NCBI GenBank assembly: GCA_044229145.1
Contig: JBGATO010000037.1
Location: 1-36,175, forward strand
Source of the DNA: Candidatus Eiseniibacteriota bacterium
Lineage (GTDB): Bacteria; Eisenbacteria; RBG-16-71-46; CAZEPH01
Reading direction: 5' to 3'
DNA length: 36,175 bases
This document shows, piece by piece, positions 10,369 through 19,713 of the stretch. The notes below the pieces were generated by a model that worked only from the letters and a program-made list of their open reading frames with translations, did not search any database and was not told the origin of the DNA. A program made the position numbers and the translations under genes. Within the stretch, counting starts at the first letter, position 1. Each line of letters begins with the position of its first letter.

Positions 10369-11273
10369 CGCGCCATCCTCCGTGCGGCCCGCAGCCTGGC
10401 ACTGCGGGACCGCGAATTCTCGCGTTCCTCCTCGCGTCCCGGAACCACCACGTGTTTGGTGAGGATCTCCCACACTCGCGGCTCCTCGTGAGCCCCGTCG
10501 CGCAGGAACGTCTTCACCTCGCGGTCTTCCAGCGAGTGGTACGCGATGACGATTAGGACGCCTCCAGGTTGAAGAATGCGCGCCGCCGCACGCAGTCCGC
10601 TCTGGAGGCGTCCAACTTCATCGTTCACGGCGATGCGCAGCGCTTGGAAGACTCGCGCCAGAGACTTGCGCGGAAAGCGCGGCGACACCTTGGTCCGCAA
10701 CGCCTGCACCACGTCGAACGTGGTGTGGAGAGCGTCCTCCGCCTGCGCCTCGCGCAGAGCTCGCGCGACGTGGTGCGGAAAGCGGACGTCACCGTAGGCG
10801 GCGAGAATCTCCGCCAGTTCCTTCTCCCCCGACCCGGCGATCAAGTCCGCCGCCGTTCCCGGCGCCGACCGATCCGCGCGCATGTCGAGAGGACCGTTGC
10901 GCTCGAAGCTGAAGCCGCGTCCCGCGCGATCGATCTGGAGCGAACTCAACCCCAGGTCGAGCAGCACACCGGTGACCTGCTGGCGTTCGTCGTCGCGCAG
11001 CGCTTGTTCCGGCGCGGCGAAGTCGCCTTGCACACAGCGCACGCGATCGCCGAATCGGGCAGTGCGTTCGCGCGCCAGTTCCAGTGCATCCTCGTCGCGG
11101 TCGAGACCGACGACGCGGTGGTGCGGGAGCGCGTCGAGCATCGCGCTCGTGTGACCGCCCAGTCCCAGCGTGCCATCGACGATCACACCCTCGGGTGCGA
11201 GCGCCGCGAACCGCAGAACCTCGTGGAGCAGAACCGGCACATGTTCATCGCCGGCGCGACGGGTGTCCTCCAC
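10365..11273 (-). CDS. rsmH: 16S rRNA m4C1402 methyltransferase RsmH (MraW)
   Basis: HVPVLL, DGTLGLGGH, DLGLSSLQ, GPLDMR, FQALRIAVN, YHSLEDR and RSRSARLR motifs. Confidence 0.97.
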   Translation of the reverse strand: MEDTRRAGDEHVPVLLHEVLRFAALAPEGVIVDGTLGLGGHTSAMLDALPHHRVVGLDRDEDALELARERTARFGDRVRCVQGDFAAPEQALRDDERQQVTGVLLDLGLSSLQIDRAGRGFSFERNGPLDMRADRSAPGTAADLIAGSGEKELAEILAAYGDVRFPHHVARALREAQAEDALHTTFDVVQALRTKVSPRFPRKSLARVFQALRIAVNDEVGRLQSGLRAAARILQPGGVLIVIAYHSLEDREVKTFLRDGAHEEPRVWEILTKHVVVPGREEERENSRSRSARLRAARRMAR

Positions 11274-11277
11274 CGCG

Positions 11278-11754
11278 TCAGGCCGCGGACGAACCGTTAC
11301 CGACCAGCACCTTCGCGGCCATTGCCTCGTACGTCAGACCGGCGGCGTCTTGCTCCGCCTCCAATTGCGCAAAACGCACTGGATTCCAGATCTCGACGTA
11401 GTTAGAGTTGCCGACGAGGAGCGCCCCAGAGTCTTCCGTGACTTGCGCCTCGTCGGCGAGAGGTTGCGGCAGGAGCAAACGTCCTTGTTTGTCCAGCTGC
11501 ACCTCTGTTGCGTGGAACAAGAAGCGGCGGCGCAGTGCGCGGCCTTCCGGAGTTCCCTCCGGAATCGCCGCGATGCGGGGCGCGATCGACGTCTCCCACT
11601 CATCGAGCGGGTAGGCGTAGATGCAGCCGTCGAGTCCGCGGGTGACCACGAAGGTCTCCTTCGCTTCGGGCTTCAGGCAACGGCGGAACTTCGCCGCGAC
11701 GACAAGACGTCGCTTCGCGTCCACCGTTGTCCGCTCGTTCCCGAGGAAGGCCAT
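11278..11754 (-). CDS. mraZ: Transcriptional regulator MraZ
   Basis: MAFLG start, two SpoVT/AbrB-like repeats (VDAKRRL, LDKQGRLLLP) and VEIW; first gene of the dcw cluster. Confidence 0.93.
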   Translation of the reverse strand: MAFLGNERTTVDAKRRLVVAAKFRRCLKPEAKETFVVTRGLDGCIYAYPLDEWETSIAPRIAAIPEGTPEGRALRRRFLFHATEVQLDKQGRLLLPQPLADEAQVTEDSGALLVGNSNYVEIWNPVRFAQLEAEQDAAGLTYEAMAAKVLVGNGSSAA

Positions 11755-11850
11755 ACGCTCGTGCCCAAGCTTCCTGGTTCCGGTTCACTCTCGCGGAGTG
11801 GAAGTGGATGCGTCCCCCACCGGGGTTCGCCCTTCGTGGTTCAGCCCTGA

Positions 11851-11883
11851 CACCACGCCCCACTTCGCCCCCCTTCGCCCCAC
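11851..11883 (-). promoter_or_regulatory. MraZ-binding direct repeats (dcw boxes)
   Basis: The minus strand reads GTGGGGCGAA-GGGGGGCGAA-GTGGGGCGTG-GTG, with 10-bp periodicity, immediately downstream of the -10 element. This matches the known TGGG/GTGG-type 10-bp-spaced MraZ operators. Confidence 0.8.
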
Positions 11884-11912
11884 AAGCTACGGCACGGTTT
11901 CGTCCGATGCAA
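11884..11912 (-). promoter_or_regulatory. sigma70-type promoter of the dcw operon
   Basis: TTGCAT (11912-11907), 17-bp spacer, TAGCTT (11889-11884). A-tracts upstream (about 11927-11953) resemble an UP element. Confidence 0.75.
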
Positions 11913-12015
11913 GCCGGAAGTGCATGTTTTTTTCGCCTCACCACAAATTTTTTCGCGCGCATCTCGAACTGCTGCACAAAGTTGCAGCATCGCCCCAGAA
12001 AGGAACGCTGAGCCG

Positions 12016-12465
12016 ATGATTCGCCCGATCCGCCGTGCGGTGTTGCTCGCCGCCCTGTCGCTCATCGCCGTGGTGCCGGTGACGCCGGCGCTCGCCGCGG
12101 CCACGCACGCGCACCACAAGAAGGCGGCCGCGGAGAAGCTGGCGCCGGATCAGAAGCGCGTCGTCGTGTACCGCTGCGCGGAAGGTGACTGCGAGAGCGC
12201 GAAGCCGGGCCGCTGCCCGGAACACAAGGTGGCGCTCAAGAAGAAGTCGGTGGTGCGCACGTGGAAGTGCGAAGGCTGCGGCATGACGTTCAAGAACGCG
12301 GGCATCTGTTCGATGGACAACACGCCGCTCACCGCGTACGACGTCAGCTACACCTGCCCCGCCGACGGCAAGCCGGTGGAGCACGGCGGCATGTGCACGC
12401 GCTGCGACATGGACGCGAAGGCGACGCTCACCAAGGCGCCGGAGGCGATCGCCGCGAAGAAGTGA
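12016..12465 (+). CDS. Secreted small Cys-rich protein with three heavy-metal-binding-domain/zinc-knuckle-like units
   Basis: AGAAAGGA RBS before ATG 12016; Sec signal peptide ending ALA; HAHH patch; units YRC..GRCPEH, WKCEGC..GICSMD and YTCPAD..GMCTRC resemble the YxCPMH..PGxCPxCGMxL HMBD pattern. Confidence 0.75.
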   Translation: MIRPIRRAVLLAALSLIAVVPVTPALAAATHAHHKKAAAEKLAPDQKRVVVYRCAEGDCESAKPGRCPEHKVALKKKSVVRTWKCEGCGMTFKNAGICSMDNTPLTAYDVSYTCPADGKPVEHGGMCTRCDMDAKATLTKAPEAIAAKK

Positions 12466-12487
12466 GCAGGTGATCGCGATACACCGG

Positions 12488-12521
12488 CGGGAGGAGCGCG
12501 CTGCTCCTCCCGTTCGTCGTT
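12488..12521. terminator. Hairpin between convergent genes (probable intrinsic or bidirectional terminator)
   Basis: Perfect 10-bp stem CGGGAGGAGC-gcgct-GCTCCTCCCG followed by TTCGTCGTT, between the stop at 12465 (+) and the stop at 12522 (-). Confidence 0.7.
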
Positions 12522-13954
<1,433 letters not shown>

Positions 13955-13955
<1 letters not shown>

Positions 13956-15805
13956 CAGGCGGACACCTCCGGAGGCACGGCGACGGCCGCACTGGCACGG
14001 GTGCGCGGCAGACGCACGGTGAAGAGGGTGCCGCCGCCCGGCGCGTCGGCAACGTCGATGCGTCCGCCGTGTTCGCGCACGATGCCCCACGACACCGAGA
14101 GTCCCAAACCGACACCGCTCACCGCGCCCTTGGTGGTGAAGAAGGCGTCGAAGATCTTCGTGCGATGCTCGGGCTTGATGCCGACACCGGTGTCGCGCAC
14201 CGCGATGGCGTACCACTCGTCGCAGGCATCCAGACGCACCTGCAGCGCGCCGCCCTGCGGCATCGCATCGATGGCATTGAGCACCAGATTGAGCAGCACC
14301 TGCTTGAGGTGATCCGGCGAGACCTCGATCGGGGCCAAGCCCGGCTCCGCCTCGAACGTCGCGCGCACGTGCGCCGCCTCGAGCTGCCCGTCGCACATCG
14401 CCAGCGTGTCGCGCACCACCGACTCGAGATCGACGACGCTGTACGCCAGTTGCGTCGGCCGGTGGAAGTCGAGAAGTTGCCGCGTCAGCCGCGCCATGCG
14501 CGCGATCTCGGACTGCGCCATGTCGATGAACTGCTGGCGGTCATCGCCCGCGGGCGCGCGGCGGCGAATCACTTCGAGACAGGTTTGCAGATTGTGGATC
14601 GGGTTGTTGAGTTCGTGCGACAGCTGCGCCACCAGCGTGCCGGTGGCCGCCAGCTTCTCGTTGCGCACCAGCGTCTCCTGCGCCTCGCGCAACTCCTGCA
14701 TGTTGTGCGCGAGGTCGCGGTTGAGCGCCGACAGTTCATCGAGCTTCTGCTTGAGCGAGGCGCGCATGCGGTCGAGCGCGCGCGCCAGGTAGCCCATTTC
14801 GTCGCGCGCCCCGAGCGCGAGCGGATACTCGAGATCGCCGCCCTCGAGCGCTTGCGCGCCGCGCACCAACTCGCGCACCGGCCGCGTCACCGTGCGCGCC
14901 ACGGCGTAGCTGGCGAGCAGCAGGGCGACCAGCGTGAGCAACCCGAGCACCAGCGTGTCGCGCAGGATCGGCGTGAGGAAGAGATCCTTCGCCTGGTCGA
15001 CCGATTTGGTGAGCAGCAGCACCGGCGCGTCCGGCGTGGTGCCGCCGAGCGAGACGTCGACCGCATACACGCGTTCGCCGGCGATCTCGCCGAGCACCGG
15101 CGCGTCACGGTGCGGCAGGCTGCGGCTGGCGAGCGCGCGTTCGACGAGCGGCCAGCGGCCGGGCGGCAACGTGGAGGCGATGATGCGATTCGCGGCGACC
15201 AGCGAGAGATCGCAGTCGCTCGCCTTCTGCAGATCGCGCAGCTCGGCGGCGCCGAGCGCGTCGCCCATCACCAGCGCGCCGGTGACGCGGTCGGGCTCCA
15301 CCAGCGGCACCGCGGAGACGCGGTAGACGACGTGGCCGATCACCAGCACCGCGGCCGCCGCGGTGCCGCGCAGGGCGTCCTGCACCACCGGCGTCGCGGT
15401 CCATGTCCGCGGGGCGCGGCCGAGCGTCGCCATGCGCCGGCCGCCTTCGTCGAACAGCGCGAACAAATCGCTGTCGAGCGCGAGCTGATACTTCTCTGCC
15501 TCGTGCGCCACGGTGGCGGGATCGTGCGTCGAGAGCGCGGCCAGCAGCCGCGGACTGGCGGCGGTGTTGAGCGCCGACACCATGCGCGCATCGGCCTCGC
15601 GCGATTGGATGTAGCCGAGGGCGACGTGTTCGAAGCGCAACTCGCGCTCGAGCGTGGACTCGAGTTCGACTTCGACCCGGCGGGCCACCAACAAGAACGA
15701 GACGACGAGGATGGCGAGCGCAACGCAGCCGAACAGCAAGAAGAGGCGAGCCTGGAAGGAGAGCGTGAGTTCGCGGGGCCCCGCGCGGCGTGCGGACGCG
15801 TTCAC
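13955..15805 (-). CDS. Membrane sensor histidine kinase (periplasmic Cache-like domain, HAMP, HisKA, HATPase)
   Basis: Two TMs flank a periplasmic region of roughly 250 aa; HAMP (TRPVREL..RDEMGYLA); H-box SHELNNP; N-box NLVLNAIDAM; DTGVGI, FFTTK and GVGLGL. Confidence 0.93.
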
Positions 15806-15829
15806 GCCGCGCCGCGTCCCGACGGGCGG

Positions 15830-17017
15830 CTAGAACCGCGCGGAGAGCTGCAGCGCCAACATGCGCGCCCACCCCGCGATGCGTGTTCCGTCTTGGCCAT
15901 GCGTCCCCTGGTAGTCCAGCTTGACGAGCGCGTCGCGGCTCAAATAGTAGCCGAGCCCGGCTTCGACGCGATCCACGTTGGCGTCCCAGGGCGTGGCGAC
16001 GCCATCCGATCCGGTCACGTGGGAGAATCGCATCGACTCGCCTCGTCCGGCAACGAACAATCCCGGCGAGAGGACGTAGCGCACCTGCAGGTAGCCGCCA
16101 TTCACCGCCACGCTGGAGAGGTCGCGCGTCGTGACGTCCCACGACGAGTGCATGAACTCCCCGCCGGCTTCGAGGTGGCCGAGTTGGAACTCCATGTCGC
16201 CGGCGAACAGATACTGGTGGTAGCCGTCGATCGAGGTCGTGCCCGGGAGCGAACTGCTCACCGAGCGGTCGAGATAGGCGCCGAATGCGTACGAGGTCCC
16301 GAGCGCCAGCGTCGGCCCGAGATGCACGTTCAGCCGTCCCAGGACTTGCTTGCCACCGTTGTTCTCGACCCCGCGCGGATTCGACACCGTGCCGTTGGTG
16401 ATGCCGATCGAGTACTCCACCGTGGTGTAGCCGCCGCGCACCATGACGCCGGTGTCCCACCACTCCTCGTCCACCACGGGCAGGCCGGCCGCCGCTCCAT
16501 TGCCCACCGCCTGCTGCCCGCCTTGCGCGCGCCGCAGCGCCAACAGACTGTCCACCGTTCCCGGCAGCAAGCCACCGCGCCGCAGCAGCGTGTGGTGCTG
16601 GTAGAGAAGCGGCGCCGCGATGAGCGGATTCTGCTCAGGGTAACAGCGGTCCGGATACAACCCCACGCCGAACGGAATGAGCCCGGCCTGCACCTCGATG
16701 GGCGCGAACTTCGGGTGCAGCGCGGCGTACGCCCCCTGCAGCCGCACCGGCGCGCCGTTGTCGAACAGCATCTCGCTGAAGAACGACAGCGAAGTGTCCA
16801 CCCGCGAGTCGGCGAACAGCCGCACGCGCACTGGATTGAACGGGTTGTCGCCACGCGCCATGGTGTTGAGCAGCGCCGCGCGTTCGCCGGTGCGCATCGT
16901 GACCTCGGCGGAGCCGGTGAGCACGATGTCGGCCCGCGCCGCGCCCGCGACGAGGAGCAGGGCGCACGCCGCACCGCGCGCCACGCGCGCAACGATTCTA
17001 GAGCTCGATGTCCGCAT
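15830..17017 (-). CDS. Outer-membrane beta-barrel (porin-like) protein
   Basis: Signal peptide ending AARA, alternating amphipathic strands, and a C-terminal Phe (LQLSARF) typical of the BAM signal. Start is uncertain (17017, 17032 or 17038). Confidence 0.75.
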   Translation of the reverse strand: MRTSSSRIVARVARGAACALLLVAGAARADIVLTGSAEVTMRTGERAALLNTMARGDNPFNPVRVRLFADSRVDTSLSFFSEMLFDNGAPVRLQGAYAALHPKFAPIEVQAGLIPFGVGLYPDRCYPEQNPLIAAPLLYQHHTLLRRGGLLPGTVDSLLALRRAQGGQQAVGNGAAAGLPVVDEEWWDTGVMVRGGYTTVEYSIGITNGTVSNPRGVENNGGKQVLGRLNVHLGPTLALGTSYAFGAYLDRSVSSSLPGTTSIDGYHQYLFAGDMEFQLGHLEAGGEFMHSSWDVTTRDLSSVAVNGGYLQVRYVLSPGLFVAGRGESMRFSHVTGSDGVATPWDANVDRVEAGLGYYLSRDALVKLDYQGTHGQDGTRIAGWARMLALQLSARF

Positions 17018-17732
17018 GCACGCTCTGGTCATCGGCACCTACCGAAAGGGAGTGGGAGGTCTCCTCGCCCCCGGGCCGCCACACCGTCAACCGGTAGCGC
17101 CCCGGCGGAACGTTCTCGATCACGTAGTGCCCATCCGGCGCCGGCACCGCGAAATACGAATGCGGCAGGACGAAGATGTACGCACTCATGAACTCGTGGA
17201 TCTCGCAGAACACCTGGATTACGCCGGGCGTGGCGAAGCGCACGCTGCGCGACTGTCCGCTGGGATACTTGCCGAGATCGAAGCGCTTGGGCCGGCTGTA
17301 CGAGAAGACGTTGTGGAAGAACGGGTCGAGATTGGGAAAGCGCACCACGCTGCCGGCGCGGATCGCCAAGACGTGCGGCACGAACTGCTCGTCGATCTGG
17401 CGCATCGAGACGGTATCGGGCACTGCGGGCGCCGGGTCGGGGGCGATGCCCTCGAGGTAGACGACGCAGTTCGGACCCGTGTCCCGCGGCATCGCCTTGC
17501 GCGGATGCGGCCCTTCGAGCCCGCGGCGCGGATACATGGTCACCGGATTGTTGGGCGGCGCCAGCGGATGCACGATGTGCACCGTGCCCTCGATCGAGGC
17601 AGCCGCAGCCGGAAGCGCACGAAGTCCGAGCAGCCACGACACGCCGAGGACGGCAACGAAATTCCGGCGTCGCCCCAGGGGGCGATGGCGCCGGACGACG
17701 TGGGAGGTGGCAGCGGGGGGTGCACAGGTCAC
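16998..17732 (-). CDS. Exported cupredoxin-fold (plastocyanin/MauL-like) protein with C-terminal carboxypeptidase-regulatory-like domain
   Basis: Twin-arginine-like RRNFV followed by a hydrophobic stretch; QFVPHVLAI..G.VVRFPNLD..HNVFS and CEIHEFM provide type-1 Cu-like His/Cys/His/Met ligands; DGHYVIENVPPGRY tail. Confidence 0.85.
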   Translation of the reverse strand: MTCAPPAATSHVVRRHRPLGRRRNFVAVLGVSWLLGLRALPAAAASIEGTVHIVHPLAPPNNPVTMYPRRGLEGPHPRKAMPRDTGPNCVVYLEGIAPDPAPAVPDTVSMRQIDEQFVPHVLAIRAGSVVRFPNLDPFFHNVFSYSRPKRFDLGKYPSGQSRSVRFATPGVIQVFCEIHEFMSAYIFVLPHSYFAVPAPDGHYVIENVPPGRYRLTVWRPGGEETSHSLSVGADDQSVHADIEL

Positions 17733-17740
17733 GGGGCGGC

Positions 17741-17769
17741 ATCTTAGGCAGCGCGACTCGGGTGGTCAA
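17741..17769 (-). promoter_or_regulatory. sigma70-type promoter of the cupredoxin-barrel-TCS operon
   Basis: TTGACC (17769-17764), 17-bp spacer, TAAGAT (17746-17741), 8 nt before GTG 17732. Confidence 0.7.
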
Positions 17770-17928
17770 TCGGATCTCCGCCCGCGTCGGGGTGCGGCTC
17801 TCCGGTCGGGCCGGCGGACGCCGGAGCACCGTGGCGGAAGCCTCGCGGATCGCGGGCTGCCACGCGCCCTTCGGACGTCGGCGCCGGAGTGGATCTGCCC
17901 CGGAAAGCCCCGGCACGGGGTCTGGGGG

Positions 17929-18066
17929 AAAAAGGAAAGTGCCGAGCTTCACATGAGTGCTAAACACGGCGGCAATTGCTCCCGAACGTTGCCCCGGCCC
18001 CCTCCTCTCAAAAGAACCGTGACAGCCTGCCTCCGTGCCGCTTTCTCAGTCTCTCGGCACTTCGCC
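17929..18066 (-). ncRNA. Putative sigma54-dependent structured small RNA (~138 nt), family not recognised
   Basis: Begins at the predicted +1 of a consensus -24/-12 promoter. The 5' AAGUGCCGAG (18062-18053) pairs perfectly with the 3' CUCGGCACUU (17946-17937), followed by UCCUUUUU. Internal pairings include UGAG/CUCA, GGCACGG/CCGUGUU and GGCAG/UUGCC. No credible ORF. Confidence 0.7.
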
Positions 18067-18077
18067 CGGTAAGTAGG

Positions 18078-18092
18078 GCAACGTGCGTGCCA
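18078..18092 (-). promoter_or_regulatory. sigma54 (-24/-12) promoter
   Basis: The minus strand reads TGGCAC-GCACG-TTGC, an exact match to the TGGCAC-N5-TTGC consensus, in an intergenic region near a GAFTGA-containing activator gene. Confidence 0.88.
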
Positions 18093-18191
18093 CTTCTACG
18101 CTGGCCACTAAAGAAAATCGTAAGTGGCTGCACTAGAGCCATTTAAGTTCATGTGGCGAGAGTGGACGTCTTTGCGTGACAGGTTCGGGTC

Positions 18192-18334
18192 GGGAAGCTG
18201 ATTTCCCACCGACATCACCGCCGTCCCGCGACCGATATCAGGCAAACACTGACGCTGCAAGCAACTAGCACTCTATTTCAACTGGGAATCTGATTTCCCA
18301 CTGTGGCCCGTGGTTCCCGGGAGGTCAGATTCCC
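18192..18334. promoter_or_regulatory. Three palindromic GGGAA-N6-TTCCC sites (candidate enhancer/UAS for the sigma54 activator)
   Basis: 18192-18207 GGGAAgctgatTTCCC; 18284-18299 GGGAAtctgatTTCCC; 18319-18334 GGGAGgtcagaTTCCC (reverse complement GGGAAtctgacCTCCC). They lie 100-240 bp upstream of the -24 element. Confidence 0.65.
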
Positions 18335-19713
18335 GCTGCCGCCTCGCGCGCGGTGCCGCGGAGGAGGCCGCGGAGCACGCCATCGAGGACGGCGGCGGTC
18401 GAGCGGCGGGCGTAGCGCTCGACCGCCGAAGGCGGCACCGCGCGGTCGAGCGAGCCGGCGTCGTGTTCGGCGACCAGGCGCGCGAGCCGCTCGCGTAGCC
18501 GTGGGACGTCGTCGGGCGGCTCGGTCCAGCCAGCGCCGGTGGTCTCCACGATCCCGGCGATCTCGCTCCCCGGTGCGCAGAGCGCGAGGATCGGGCGCCC
18601 GGCCCCGAGGTATTCGAAGAGCTTCCCGGGGATCACGATCTCGCTGCGCTTCCCCGTCGACTCGACGAGCAGGAGCACGTCGGCGGTCGCTTGCCGGACG
18701 ATCGATTCGGCGTAGGGCACCGAGTCCTCGAACTCCACCAGCCCGTCGAGACCGAGGCGCGGCACGAAGCCCTCGTTGGCCGAATCGCGAGGCCCCAGTT
18801 GCACGACGCGCAGCCGCTCGGCGAGCTGCGGGCTCTCGCGCCGCAGCTGCGCCAGCGCTTCGAACAGCCCGCCCGCGGTGCGATGGTCCGCGAGCTTGCC
18901 GGTGTGCAGCAGCGTGAGCGGCGCATCCGCCGGGCGCGCCGCGCGGCGGTGCGCCGCCTCGGCACGCGCGTTCGCGAAGTCTTCCTCGTCGAAGCCGTTG
19001 GTAATCGCGTGGAACTTTGCCGGGTCGAGGTCGCGGTACTTGTCGAGGAAGTCGTCGCGCGTCGAGGACGTCGTCGTCAACACGCAGGTCGCCTCGCGCA
19101 GCACCGCGTGCTCGAGTTGGTGATGCCAGCGGTCGTGCAGCGGCGTCGCGGGCGCGTACGAGGTGCGATCGGTCCACGGATCGCGGAAGTCGGCCACCCA
19201 CGGCAATCCGGTTTCGCGCGCCAACGCGCGGCCGATCATGTGCGCGCTGTCGGGCGACGAGGTCGTGTAGAGGATGTCGGGCCGCTCTTCGCGCAGCACC
19301 TGGCGGCCGCGCGCCAGCGCGAACGGCACCCAGCCGACGTACTGATCCGGAAACAGCACGAAATCCGACACCGACTTGAGGGTGCGGAACGCGCCGCTCG
19401 GGCGGCGGCCTGCGGTACGTGCCGGCGCGGTGCCGGCAGCTACGGTCGCGCGCTTCTTCGTCCCGAAGACGTACTGCAGCGCGGTATACGCGGTGATCGA
19501 TCGCGTGCGCTCGACGCGCGTGCCGGCCGGAATGTCGCGCTCGAAGCTGTGGTCGAGGATCCAGTACTCGGGCTCGGCAGTGACCACCGTGGCGGTCCAC
19601 CCGAGACGGCCAAGGTACTTGAGGAACTTGGTCGTGCGCTGCACGCCGCCGCCGCCGACCGGCGGAAAGAAATACGGAAAGACGAGCAGGTGACCGCGGC
19701 CCGCGCCGTTCAT
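18325..19713 (-). CDS. Glycosyltransferase, GT4 family
   Basis: YFFPPVGGGGVQR, WVADFRDPW, ITNGFD and IPGKLFEY motifs. Start reassigned to ATG 19713 (ATGA overlap). Confidence 0.9.
   Translation of the reverse strand: MNGAGRGHLLVFPYFFPPVGGGGVQRTTKFLKYLGRLGWTATVVTAEPEYWILDHSFERDIPAGTRVERTRSITAYTALQYVFGTKKRATVAAGTAPARTAGRRPSGAFRTLKSVSDFVLFPDQYVGWVPFALARGRQVLREERPDILYTTSSPDSAHMIGRALARETGLPWVADFRDPWTDRTSYAPATPLHDRWHHQLEHAVLREATCVLTTTSSTRDDFLDKYRDLDPAKFHAITNGFDEEDFANARAEAAHRRAARPADAPLTLLHTGKLADHRTAGGLFEALAQLRRESPQLAERLRVVQLGPRDSANEGFVPRLGLDGLVEFEDSVPYAESIVRQATADVLLLVESTGKRSEIVIPGKLFEYLGAGRPILALCAPGSEIAGIVETTGAGWTEPPDDVPRLRERLARLVAEHDAGSLDRAVPPSAVERYARRSTAAVLDGVLRGLLRGTAREAAAGI

Noticed and set aside
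17029..17967. 312-aa minus-strand ORF starting inside the putative sRNA (possible leader or dual-function product)
   Set aside because: It overlaps the cupredoxin gene out of frame and has no motifs. The GAGGAGG tract is over 30 nt from its GTG, too far to be its RBS.
17929..18066. tRNA, SRP RNA or 6S RNA identity for the structured element
   Set aside because: No cloverleaf, T-loop or CCA end, and no SRP helix-8 CAGG...GGAA...AGCAG motif. It is shorter than typical 6S RNA and follows a sigma54 promoter. A divergent 6S-like RNA cannot be fully excluded without a covariance-model search.
18192..18334. CRISPR-like or transposon-end interpretation of the palindromic repeats
   Set aside because: The repeats are only 16 bp, irregularly spaced (92 and 35 bp) and in mixed orientation, and there are no cas or transposase genes in the window.
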